Assembly: GCA_964016885.1 (NCBI GenBank)
Contig: OZ024743.1
Location: 56,544,001-56,608,000, forward strand
Length of the DNA: 64,000 nucleotides
Reading direction: 5' to 3'
Origin: Eledone cirrhosa
Taxonomy: Eukaryota
Below are positions 26,134 to 38,010 of the stretch, one piece after another; within the stretch, counting starts at the first letter, position 1, and each line of letters begins with the position of its first letter. The translations under genes were made by a program, and so were the position numbers. The notes under the pieces were generated by a model. It was given only the letters and a program-made list of their open reading frames with translations, made no database searches and was not told where the DNA came from.

Positions 26134-26829
26134 TAATCCCATAGCCATGCTATGTGAACTGATGGCACTCCTACAACTCTATCAGGAATTAAGAGCCCTT
26201 TAAGTTACTACTTCAGTGACTTTTTCCTATTTCTAGCTTACAGGCTGACCCTGTATATTTTTATATTCATCTTATCTAAGCTGTGTATTAAACAGCCAAG
26301 GTGTGGGTTTTAGTTTAGTCCATTGAACTATGTGAAATACTATCAAATTTGCACCTACCTACAAGTGGATTTACATACTCTTGGGTCCCAAATGATAGGG
26401 GGAGGATCAGTCATTTTCTGGGTTGTCTCCGCTGATGTTTTTAAAAACCAGAATTAGTCATTTAGTTTACATATTGAGACCCCAAGCCATCCTATTTATT
26501 TTATAACATATGGGATTTCTAGTAATGTACTTTTTTATCTGTGATGACCCACCCAAACTTGCTAACAAGAAGAGACGAGACGAACATTAAATGATCATGA
26601 TGATGGTGGTGATGATTGTTATAAGAATGATGGATTGGTAAAGCATTGGCTAAAATGCCTTTGTGATCTTTGTTCCAGTTCTTTATGTTCTGAGTTCAAA
26701 TCCCGTTGAGATCAACTTTACCTTTAATCCTTCTGAGGAGACAATAAAATGAAGTACCAGTCAAATACTAGGCTCAATTTAATCACCTCCCCATCGCCCC
26801 CATGGCTAGCCTTGTTTAAATTACTACCA

Positions 26830-27120
26830 TCATCATCATCATCATTATCATTGCTTTTACGTCCATTTTCCTATGATTGCATGGGTTGGATGAGTCCTTT
26901 TCAACACAGCATCTCTCCATTTGTCGCAATCCTTCATCATCTGCTCTGTGAGTCTCAGGGATTTGAGATCAGCTTGCACCACCTCTGCCCAGGTCTTCCT
27001 TGATTTACCTCTACTGTGGCTTCCTTCCACTGGAATGTCTTGGCACTTATTCACCCAGTGATCACCAATCATGTCCATACCAACCCAGTCTTCTCTCTTG
27101 CACACCACTTCAGATTCCTC
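26830..27120 (-). mobile_element. RTE 3' end with (GAT)n tail
   Basis: VEGSHSRGKSRKTWAEVVQADL...WRDAV; catcatcat tail. Confidence 0.75.
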
Positions 27121-27484
27121 TTAAACCCAGTTTCTTTCTCAGTTCATCCAAGCTCTGCCTTTGTTATCATAAATATTTTTATGTTAGCTTTTCAATGCTG
27201 GTATGGATTGGATGGGATTTTTACAGTAGTGTTTTATCAATGGATGTCCTTCCAGGTTGTAAAAACTCTGTCTGAAGAAGTCCTGTCAATTTCCTGGCCA
27301 GCATAGAAATTAATTTTTATTCATTATTGATATTGATATTTGACTTTTAATTTTGGTTTTATATATTTTTATCATTTCAGCCTCTACCAGTTTGTTATGG
27401 TGTGAAGTTTTACTATCTTTCCCCCCATAATTCTTAGCTGTAATTAGCAACATTACTGCATTGGGATATTGTGTTCAAACCTCA

Positions 27485-28591
27485 ATGGAGAAACTGATTT
27501 CATGTGAAATATGTGAAAAAGAATTCTCTGAAATTTTGAAACAACACACCCTTGGTCATGGACGGGAAAGTGGACTCAAGGCTGAAGAGAACACTGCCGA
27601 TACAAATGATGTAAATTCTGTTGTGAATAACACCAAACTAACCTCTATGAATGAATGTATTCAAGCTGACATGCAAGAGCATGATAAAAGTCAACTGGTT
27701 GAAGCTGACAGTCATATAGGCATTACACCAGTAGGTGAGAGAGATGGAACAGATCAACTTGACACTTATGACCAGCAACAACAGTTGGAAAGTTATAAAA
27801 ATAACAGTGTTTTTGACACAAATGAATCTAACAACACTTGTATTGGCAACCCAAGTTATGAACATTCATTGCAGCTTGAAGAAGCTGATATCAGAACTGG
27901 TGAGGAATTGGACAATAATGATAAACTTGAGTTATCAAATCCCTCAGATTTAGAGCCCGAGGAAGACTGTTGTGGTGTTACGTACAGTTGTGAAACTGAT
28001 ATTGAAATAACGAATGAAGGAAATGTATGTCAAGAAACTCTTAATTTAGCAACACATCTTATTCAGCTGTCAAATAGCCCTGTGACACAAACAAGCAGTG
28101 CTTACACTGTAAGTAAACCTTACATGTGCAGTTTATGTCATAAATGTTTCAGTCGCAATTATCATTTAAAAATGCATTCCCTTACTCACTCTGGTCTAAA
28201 ACCCTTTTCTTGTTTCACATGTTCAAAATCTTTTTCTCGTAGTTCTGACTTAAAGCGCCATTTAGCAACTCACACAGGGGTCAAACCATTTGGCTGTACC
28301 CTATGTCAAAAATACTTTTCTCGTTCATCAGATCTGCGTCGCCATACGGCAACACACAGTGGAGAACGGCCACACTTGTGTCAAGTTTGTCAGAAAGCCT
28401 TTACACGCAGCTCAGATCTTCACAGACACAGTCAAACACACACAGGAATCAAACCACATGCCTGCCAAATATGTGGTAAAGCTTTCTCCACAGCCACTCA
28501 CCTCAAAAGACACTCTACAACACACACTACAGAACAGAAAGCTTTCAATGTAACGATTGTTAGCAATCTTACATCAAAGTGCATCACTTAA
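27485..28591 (+). CDS. C2H2 zinc-finger protein (5 tandem fingers, acidic linker, degenerate N-terminal finger); single coding exon
   Basis: Open frame from ATG 27485 (MEKLISCEIC); five CxxC-x12-HxxxH fingers with SGLKP/TGVKP/SGERP/TGIKP linkers; upstream splice acceptor ttttatcatttcAG at 27380. Confidence 0.92.
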   Translation: MEKLISCEICEKEFSEILKQHTLGHGRESGLKAEENTADTNDVNSVVNNTKLTSMNECIQADMQEHDKSQLVEADSHIGITPVGERDGTDQLDTYDQQQQLESYKNNSVFDTNESNNTCIGNPSYEHSLQLEEADIRTGEELDNNDKLELSNPSDLEPEEDCCGVTYSCETDIEITNEGNVCQETLNLATHLIQLSNSPVTQTSSAYTVSKPYMCSLCHKCFSRNYHLKMHSLTHSGLKPFSCFTCSKSFSRSSDLKRHLATHTGVKPFGCTLCQKYFSRSSDLRRHTATHSGERPHLCQVCQKAFTRSSDLHRHSQTHTGIKPHACQICGKAFSTATHLKRHSTTHTTEQKAFNVTIVSNLTSKCIT

Positions 28592-29814
28592 ACTGTAATA
28601 ACTTTTATACCCTCTTTGTATTACTGAATGACTTGCAATCCTGCAAGCAACACTGATAAAAATGTTATCTCAGTGCCTCATGTTGAAATTTGAAAGAAAC
28701 CAGCAAGTTTTGTTAATCTAAATAATTTATTAATAGGAAGAACTTATTACAACTATTTTTCCTTTTCTTTTTTATTTTTACCAGTTGTTGTTCTGATATT
28801 TTCTTGTTTGTTTGTTTGTTCCTGTGATGATACAATCTCTAATATGTAAGTTTTCACTACATTTCCTCTTTCAATTGTTATTTGGTCAACGATTACCATT
28901 GAGATGTGATAGTTCCAGGAGACAAATTTCTGGAGAGATCATCATCATCATTATTTAACATCCGATTTACTTGCTAGCAATGATTGAACAAGTCATACTT
29001 AATCAAAGCTACTGACTTCTCAGATGGGTCTGGGGCCACATCTTGCTTACATTGGGTGAATTTCATCATAACACAAGCATTAGGGAGGTCACTAGGTTTT
29101 AGACACAAATGAAGAGTCCTCTCGATCCTATGTCTAGCAAGTTTTCTACAGCTGAATGCAAAGTGTACTGGGTACATTTTATCATGACACTTACACTAGG
29201 GAGGTTTTCATGTCTTAGACAGAACTAAAGAATCCTCTTGACCCTATGTTTGACAAGAGATAATTATTCAAGAAATCAATAGTCAGCATTATGAAAGGGA
29301 TCCAGTTGAAGAAACCATGCCAAATATTAGAATATATGAATGAGATGAGACATTACTGGCTTGTCTAGTCTTGAATTATGACATGTCCAACCCATGCTGA
29401 CATGTGGAACTGTCATCAATTAAGGAGAATTATGATGATAAATCCTCTACTGTTGTCATCTTTTCTCTGTGTGTGTCTGGTTTAGAATAGGCACATTGTA
29501 TCCCTGTATGTTATACAAGACTGGCAAAAGACAAATTATGGATGGATGTTCTGAGAAATAATTATTGAGGAAATCAATCAATCTAAATATCAACCTTTTG
29601 TTATTTCGAAGACATATGCCCTAGCAGTTAGTGGTTAAAGTGTTGGACTGATGATAATATGGTTATGAACTCCATTTCTGGATTAGGATGCAGCTGTGTT
29701 CTTGAGTAAGACATTTCATTTCATGTTGCTTTTCATGGTAGGAAACCTATGAAATAAATACAACCTTATAGGAGATTAATTAAAGCTCCATAGGTGTGAG
29801 CTGTAACGAATAAC

Positions 29815-29990
29815 ATTGTCATCATCATCATCTCTGTCACCATCACCATCTCCATCATCATGTCTGTCATCATCGCCATCATCATCATCATCGTTATCAT
29901 CTTAATCAGCTTCATCATTACCAAATCCATCACCATCATCTCCATGCCTATCATCATCACTGTCATTTCCATCAATGTCATCATCATATT
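29815..29990. repeat. Degenerate (CAT)n microsatellite
   Basis: Direct reading. Confidence 0.9.
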
Positions 29991-30143
29991 GATAGCTGTA
30001 AAATTTAATTCTAATGATATTCACTAGAATATAGGTGGCTATCTCTGCAAGTGAATCCCTCTCCATAAAACAGCAATATTTGATCTCATCTGTTAGTTTG
30101 ATACCCTAATAGTCTAGGGTATCTGTGTGTGTGTATGTGCATC

Positions 30144-30174
<31 letters not shown>

Positions 30175-30489
30175 GCATGGTCCTGTAGCTCCTGATAGAG
30201 TCATAGGGGCACCATAGTGAGATACAGTGTTTCTTGGGCATTTTAAGCCTTCCGAAGCCTATCCCTCTTGAGGTCTAAACACAGCAGATTTCTTCCAGAG
30301 AAGGATAGAAAGTGAGAAAGAGATATAGAGCAAGAATCAACCCCAGTACTAGACTGGTACTTTTTTTATTGACCCCGAAAGGATGGAAGGCAAAGTTGAC
30401 CTCTGCAGGATTTGAACTCAAAGAGCAGTGAGCTGGAACAGATACTGCAAAGCATTCTATCTGACATTCCAACAACTCTGCCAATTCGT

Positions 30490-30544
<55 letters not shown>

Positions 30545-30551
<7 letters not shown>

Positions 30552-30641
30552 TGAGATTCTACAGGACTAGAACTGTTTCATTCTTTAGAAATCATTTCTA
30601 AAGAATGAAACAGTTCTAGTCCTGTAGAATCTCATCTATAT
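30545..30641. repeat. Perfect palindrome (48-bp arms) next to (TA)n
   Basis: Centre C at 30593. Confidence 0.92.
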
Positions 30642-30866
30642 TAAAACTTTTATACTCTGCAATGTATTGAGTACCTTACTTACTGTGGTTACCTCCGATT
30701 CAACCCGGAATAACGTACGTATATATATATATATAGTGCAAATTTAGACGGGAACAAAACAGAAAGGCAGACAAATAAAGGTTTATTAGGTTCACGCTCT
30801 TGAGAGTGAGGGGGGGGGGGGGACGTTTCGGGCATATACACACACATATATATATATATATATACA

Positions 30867-30909
<43 letters not shown>

Positions 30910-31455
30910 GCATATATATATATATATATATTGTTGTAAAAGCTTAGTAAAAAGTATCCAAAAGGTCAGGGCACTCCTCAGTCTGTGAGATGAGTTATGA
31001 TGTGTATAACATTACTCCATCAATAACATGGTGAATTGAGAATTTGGTGTTACCTAAGACACTAATAAAATGTGTGTATTTGGGTTGTGCAATCATTGTA
31101 GTATTTTAATTTTATATCTTTACATATATTTGGTCATCATCATCATCATCAACGTTTAACGTCTATCTTCCACACTAGCATGGGTTTATATATATAATCT
31201 AATCTAATCTGGCCGAGTTTAACCTCGCAAATAAGAAGAACCAGGGCCACCCCTAGGAGCATTGGATTTGGTGTACTTCATATTTGTTTCGGTTGCTGAA
31301 TACAATCAGGGGTGGCTGCTTCTCCTGAAGGTCAATAGTTCTCTCTTAACTCAAGCAGGAGCGCCTTTCCATTGTCATTATATACATATATTTATATACA
31401 TATATTTATATATAATTATATGATTATTATTATTATTATTATTATAGTAAAGAAG

Positions 31456-31912
31456 GGTGGTTGATTGGCAGGATCGGTAGAAGGTTGGATGCCATGCTTT
31501 CTAGCATAGAGTTACGTCCCTTTATGATCTGAGTTCAAATCCCGCCGAGGTTAACTTTGCCTTTCATCCTTATGGGGTCGATAAATAAAGTACCAGTAAT
31601 GTGCTGGGTAATTGCTGGCCTTGTGCCTAAAGTAGAAACAATTATTATAGTAAAGAAAAGTTTGTTGATCAAATAATCTACTGACTTTAGTCGTAATCAG
31701 ACATAAAGCATTCTACAACTTGAGTTCCTTAAAGTATTATCAATAAGGTATCAAACGGAATGTCAATATTATAAAAAGTTACGGCCCTTTATGGTCTGAG
31801 TTCAAATCCCGCCAAGGTTAACTTTGTCTTTCATCCTTACGGGGTCGATAAAATAAAGTACCAGTAATGTACTGAGTAATTGCTGGCCTTGTGCCAAAAG
31901 TAGAAACAATAT
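31456..31912 (+). mobile_element. Two SINE copies (main family), each with a TSD
   Basis: TSDs attattatagtaaagaa and caatattataaa. Confidence 0.88.
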
Positions 31913-31963
31913 TATAAAGAAGAGAAACGGTTTTAAATGTACATCCTCTATTTGTTGCATAAT

Positions 31964-32029
31964 CCTGTTATATATATTTCGAAGACCCTATTTATTGTAT
32001 AATCCTGTTATAAGTTCTCATCAGGCAGG
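31964..32029 (-). ncRNA. Hammerhead ribozyme-like motif (degenerate)
   Basis: cctgc CTGATGA gaac...cttc GAAA tatata TA acagg. Confidence 0.5.
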
Positions 32030-32622
32030 CGCAAGACAAGTTGTATTGTTTTTGGTTTTTATAGCTGCTGTATTTAGGAGTGTTTTGGTAGTAGTCCACT
32101 ACAGTAGGCATATGATGTACATGGCTATTTCTGTAGGCAGCCAGAGTGTGAGAGATACTACTCTTACTAAAATTCTTGGGATGGTAGGTAGACTATATAT
32201 ATATATATATATAAAGAGTCCTTGGTAGTGAAAAGATTGGGAACTACTGATATATTTCTATTCTATTTCACTTGTGAACACAAGCAAAGCTGAGTGATTA
32301 AGAAGTTTGCTTCACAATCATGAAGTCTTAGGTTCAATTGATCTCACTGTGTGGACCTGTATTTCTGATGTAGTCATAGAGATGCTGTTGTGGTATACAT
32401 TGGGACACTTTAAATCTGATGAAGCCCATTCCCTCTCCAGGTTTGAACACAGCCAATTTCTTCCAGAGAAGGGAAGAGACGAGGTGAGAAAGAGATATAG
32501 GGGAATACTCGAATTCAGTATTGAATTGTTTTTTGTTTGTTCTTTTATCATCTTCAAAAGAATAAAATGTAAAGTTAACCAGGAGAAATACCACACAGCA
32601 TTCCATCTGATGTTCTAATGAC

Positions 32623-32653
<31 letters not shown>

Positions 32654-32659
32654 ATGTAT

Positions 32660-33120
32660 AAGACACCCAGCCCACTCTGTAAGATGGTAGTTTTAGTGCC
32701 AGAATAAAATGCATCCTGCTCACTCTGTAAAGTTGTGCAATGAAATGCACTTCAGTACATACTGTAAAGTTGTAGTGCTGGTACCACAATAAAAAGCACC
32801 CCAGTACATGCTGTAAAGTTGTAGTGCTGGTACCACAATAAAAAGCACCCCAGTACATGCTGTAAAGTTATAGTGCTGGTACCACAATAAAAAGCCCCCC
32901 CAGTACATGCTGTAAAGTTATAGTGCTGGTGCCACGATAAAAGGCACCCAGTACATGCTGTAAAGTGGTTGTCATTACGAAGAGCATGCAGCTGTAGAAA
33001 CCATACTAGACATGGAACAATGAACAAATTGAGATCTCTCCTATTTGTCTATGCCCACAGCATAATAGCCTGGCCAACCCATGCCAGTATGGAAGGCAGA
33101 TGTAAAATGATGATGATGTT
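32660..33120 (+). mobile_element. RTE-tailed non-autonomous element with an internal ~50-bp tandem array
   Basis: cagtacatgctgtaaagttgtagtgctggtaccacaataaaaagcaccc x4-5; tail ccaacccatgccagtatggaa...gatgatgat. Confidence 0.75.
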
Positions 33121-33719
33121 AGAGATGGAGATATAACCTCAGATTCTTCAGAGAAGAGATCAATACCCAATATCTATATTTACCTATATCCACAGAAGTA
33201 GTACTGAGGTCTGTGAGTTAAGTTCAAGATTTCAAGTACTTTGTTAAAAACATATTATTAGGTTTCCATTATTCCTAAATATAATGTCTCTCTCTTTTGA
33301 TTGCTGTTCTCGCTGTATAACAATTTGAAGTACTTTGTTTTTAAAACCATATTATATGCACACAATTGGCTATCTATTCTTCTATTAAGTATGACCATTT
33401 CTCTCTTTCAATTGTTGTTGTCACTGTATAACACTTGTGGAGAGGAATAATAGTAGCAGAGGTCCATATGTATGTATATATGGACCCATAACTCCTAATA
33501 GAGTCATATGCCATCATAACATATGGAGTTCTTTGGGAACTTTAAATCTGGTGGAGCCCATCGTATTCTGTCAGAACACAGCTGATTTCTCCCTGAGAAA
33601 GAAAGAGAGATAGAAGTAAAATTGACCTCAATACTCAAGTGGTACTTTTTTTATAAATCTAAAAAGGAGAAAAGGCAAAGTAGACCCTAGAAAGTCCATA
33701 TAAAAAAAATATATATAGG

Positions 33720-34092
33720 CACCTCTTAACCAAATATACACCCCTACCCACTACCCCTACTCCACCCTCCCACTCCCACCAACACCCATCTTTCTCTGTA
33801 AAGTTATGTTGGTACCACAACATCCAGTCCAAACTAACGAGGTTGTGTAGGTGTGACGACAAAAAAACACAGCCCACGCTGTAATGTGGCCGTGTAGGTA
33901 ACACAGTAAAAAGCTCCCAGTCCACACTGTAAATGTGGCTGGTGTTAGAAAGGGTATCCAGCCGTAGAAAACCTGCCAGACAGACCTATACGAGCGAGAC
34001 ATGGTCACCCAACCAATCTTGCCTCAAGTGGGACAATTCCCGTCTAACCCATGCTAGCATGGAAGATAGACGTTAAACGATGATGATGATGA
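33720..34092 (+). mobile_element. RTE-tailed non-autonomous element
   Basis: Inverted homologue of 40720-41070; tail cccatgctagcatggaagatagacgttaaacgatgatg. Confidence 0.75.
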
Positions 34093-34463
34093 TAAAGGGT
34101 CCTTGATAGGGAAAAGATTGGGAACTACTGATATATTTCTATTCTATTTCACTTGTGAACACAAGCAAAGCTGAGTGATTAAGAAGTTTGCTTCACAATC
34201 ATGAAGTATTAGGTTCAATTGATGTCACTGTGTGGCATCTTGGACAAGTTCATTTACCATAGCCTAGGATTAACGTTAAGCTTTGTCAGTGAAATTGGGT
34301 AGGTGGAAACTGTTTGGAAACCTGTCAGATGGATTGGGCCTATAATTTAAAGATCCAGCCATGTCACATATTGTGTCACACTATAATTCAAGGGTCCAGC
34401 CTTGCCACACTGATTCTCCCTGAGAATTATGTTGAGGAGACACATGTCAAATACTCAATAACT

Positions 34464-34762
34464 TACTCTCGGGTCCCAAATAATAGGGGGAGTTGGAAAA
34501 AGCGAGGGGGGTATAAGTGGGGAGGGAATCAGTAATTTTTCTAGGTTGTCTGTTGATGTTTTTAAAAACCAGAATTAGTCATTTAGTTTAATGTTTGGGA
34601 TTTCTAGTAATGTACTTTTTTTGTCATCTATAATGTTTTTTAATGTCTAAATAAAATTGCGCCGGAGATAGATTAACAAAATTTAATAAGTTGGGGAGTG
34701 GGAAATCTGAAAAATTAATAAGCAGTGGCAGGAAGGGAGCGATTATTTGAGACTCGAGAGTA
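34464..34762. mobile_element. Pogo/Tc1-type MITE
   Basis: TA-ctctcgggtcccaaataat / attatttgagactcgagag-TA; truncated copy at about 26376-26540. Confidence 0.85.
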
Positions 34763-34889
34763 CATGTTAATGTCCAGTTGATTGAATGAATGCATGCTCA
34801 TCATCTGTTTCACTAATGGAATCTAGTTGGATAAATAAGCATCTCTAGATTAAACCAGACTATCTTTATTAATTACTTGAGTTTATAGG

Positions 34890-35108
34890 ACAGTTGATTG
34901 GCAGAATCAGTAGAGCGTTGGACGCCATGCTTTGTGGCATAGAGTTACGGCCCTTTACTTTCTGAGTTCAAATCCTGCGAGGTTAGCTTTGCCTTTCATC
35001 CTTACGGTGTCAATAAATAAAGTACCAGTAATGCACTGGAGTCAATTTAATCAACCCCCCCCCCCCCCCTGCAAAGTGTTGGCCCTGTGACTAATTCAGA
35101 AACAATTA
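34890..35108 (+). mobile_element. tRNA-derived SINE
   Basis: Full copy; TSD ttaattacttga(g/a)tttata. Confidence 0.85.
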
Positions 35109-35581
35109 ATTACTTGAATTTATACTGTATAACCAACCTTCCATACACCATCTCAATTGTCAACTTGTTGTTTTCTAAATTAATTTATTGGCTTATAATT
35201 TAAACGTTTTCACCTGCCCAATCCCAACACCATGATATTTGGTTGTTTTGTTTTGTTTTTGTTTTGTTTTCATTTTTTTTTTTTTTTTTTTTTCCCAGCT
35301 TTGAACTTTTGTTCAATTATATTCTAATATTTAATTAATTATTATAATAAACTTTTTTCGATTTCATTATTTCTGTTTGATTAACTCTGAATCAATTTAT
35401 GAAATGGTGTGACATTGAATAAACAGTTAACACAGACAAATTAACTCTTGACATCCTGTGATAATTTAATCAAATATATTTTTAAATGAGTTATTTAATT
35501 CAAACGTTTTTAGTGTCTTTACAGTCAGAATTTTTTGTATAAATTTGTATGTAATATTAGACTAAAGACTTCAACCTTTAA

Positions 35582-35803
35582 CCCTTTAGCATTTAAACTG
35601 GCCGTATCTGGCCAGAATTCTCTCACCTCTTCCTGTTCAAACCAGCTGTAATTAATTGGCTGCTCATACTTATGTTAAGGTATTGTTCTCAAAATAAATA
35701 ATATCAAAATCTCGTAGATTCGATATGTGATATACTTATGTGAAATAAAGTGTTTACTATGAAAATACAATTGTAACTATAGAGTAATGTAAATGCTAAA
35801 TGG
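35582..35803. mobile_element. piggyBac-type MITE
   Basis: TTAA-ccctttagcattta / taaatgctaaatgg-TTAA. Confidence 0.8.
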
Positions 35804-36406
35804 TTAAAGCGATGGAGTCATAGTGCTGTCTTGCACTTTTTGAGAATGTCTGGTTTATGTAGTTTCATGTGGTTTGTTAACTCAAATGTTTATAGTATCT
35901 TTACTGGTAGGCAGATTGTTGTGAAAATCTGTAATATTAGATTAAAGACTTCAATTTTCAACTTGATGCAACCATAGTGTTGTTTTGAACTTTTCAAGGA
36001 TGTCTTGCTATTGCAGTTTAATATGTTGCAGGATGTAAAATAGTTCCCATATCTATTCTGGTGTTTAAAATCGATACAATGTATCCCTTCTATGAGGTGC
36101 AACTTTGTAGGAGGCCAGCTAAACCTACGTAGTTGTGAGCAATTACAATGATAAACATATGTGGGTATATGATAGGGCTACCATTAAAACACCTGAAAAA
36201 CCTCGTACATGATGCAACGTTGTTGGAAGCCAAGTAAGTATACATATATGTACATTGTAACAACAGCATAATGACACTGGGACTGCTATCATTAAAATGC
36301 CCAAAACATCTCTTACGAGATGTACTGTCTTAGAAGACCAGTTAAACTTACATAGATATCAGCTGTAACAATAGTAATAAATTGCCAATCAAATTAACAG
36401 CTATCT

Positions 36407-37056
36407 GTCACACTCTAGAGGTGATTGAGGAAGGAGGGGGTGATGACGTCACACTCTAGAGATGATTGAGGAAGGAAGGGGTGATGTCACACACTAGACA
36501 TGAGTGAGGAAGGAAGGGGTGATGACGTCACACACTGGAGATGACTGAGGAAGGAAGAGGTGATGACGTCACACACTAGAGATGAGTGAGGAAGGAAGGG
36601 GTGATGACGTCACACACTAAAGATGACGAGGAAGGAAGGGGTGATGACGTCACACACTAGAGGTGATTGAGGAAGGAAGGGGTAATGACGTCACACACTA
36701 AAGGTGACGGAGGAAGGAAGGGGTGATGACGTCACACTAGAGATGATTGAGGAAGGAAGTGGTAATGACGTCACACCCTAAAGATGACGGAGGAAGGAAG
36801 GGGTGATGACGTCACACACTAGAGATGATTGAAGAAGGAAGTGGTGATGACGTCACACACTAGAGATGACTGAGGAAGGAAGGGGTGATGACGTCACACA
36901 CTAGAGATGACTGAGGAAGGAAGTGGTGATGACGTCACACACTAGAGATGACTGAGGAAGGAAGGGGTGATGACATCACACACTAGAGATGACTGAGGAA
37001 GGAAGTGGTGATGACGTCACACACTAGAGATGACTGAGGAAGGAAGGGGTGGTGAC
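36407..37056. repeat. ~41-bp minisatellite, ~16 units, 13 perfect TGACGTCA
   Basis: Unit gtcacacactagagatgactgaggaaggaaggggtgatgac. Confidence 0.95.
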
Positions 37057-37676
37057 AAACTACAGAAAACAGTGGCTAACATTCACTAGACTTGTGTGCT
37101 GTGTGAATGTATGTCTGTGAGTGTATTTTTGTAAGTAGGTCTGTTTTGGGGTGTTTATATTTATATACTCATTATATGCACATACAAACATGCACACACA
37201 TATACACATAGGCATCAGCATGTTGAAAAAAATTCTAGTAGTAATAAATTGCCAATCAATCAAATTAAGAGTGAAGTCCCTATCATTAAAACACCAAAAA
37301 AAACCTCTTATGAGATGTACCCTCGTAGAAGACCAGCTAGACTTACATAGATGTGAGTTGTAACAATAATAATGATTTACCAATTAATCAGATTGTATAT
37401 TTTGTTCCACTCCACTCGCAATATTTGTGTGTAAACTGCTTTGTCCTAGATGTAACAGTGGAACTGTAATCTAGGACATAGCACACCTGTGTTTTCCTAT
37501 ATTATCTGGTCACAGCTGAAGTAATTATACTGAAAGAAACCTCACACATGGATGGTTTGTTTTGAAAATGATATGAATGGTACACTTCCTACCTCCTAAA
37601 GCTATTGATGTTCCTATAAATATGTCCAGCCCTATTATGTCTTCATTGATTTAATTTCCTTTCCTAGATAACTTCT

Positions 37677-38010
37677 TACTCTCAGGTCCCAAATAATAGT
37701 GGGGCGGAAAATCGGTAATTTTTCTAGGTTGCCTCCATGGATTTTTTTTTTTAAACCAGAATTAGTCATTTAGTTTACATATTGAAACCCCAACCCATCC
37801 TATTTATTTTATAATGTATAGTATTTCCAGTAATGTACTTTTTTTGTCATGAATAATGTTTTTTTTTTAATGTCTAGATAAAATTAATTGTTGCAAGAAT
37901 GCTACCACTTACAATAAAATTTCACCGGAGATAGATTAGCAAAATTTAATAGGGGTGAGGGGTCTGAAAAAATTAATATTTGGGGTGCGATTATTTGAGA
38001 CCCGAGAGTA
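37677..38010. mobile_element. Pogo/Tc1-type MITE
   Basis: TA-ctctcaggtcccaaataat / attatttgagacccgagag-TA. Confidence 0.85.

Noticed and set aside
35240-35300. Strong polypyrimidine tract plus CAG acceptor
   Set aside because: No following ORF or donor identified; may be a simple T-rich repeat
36407-37056. CRISPR-like array
   Set aside because: Units repeat end to end with no unique spacers, there are no cas genes, and the context is eukaryotic
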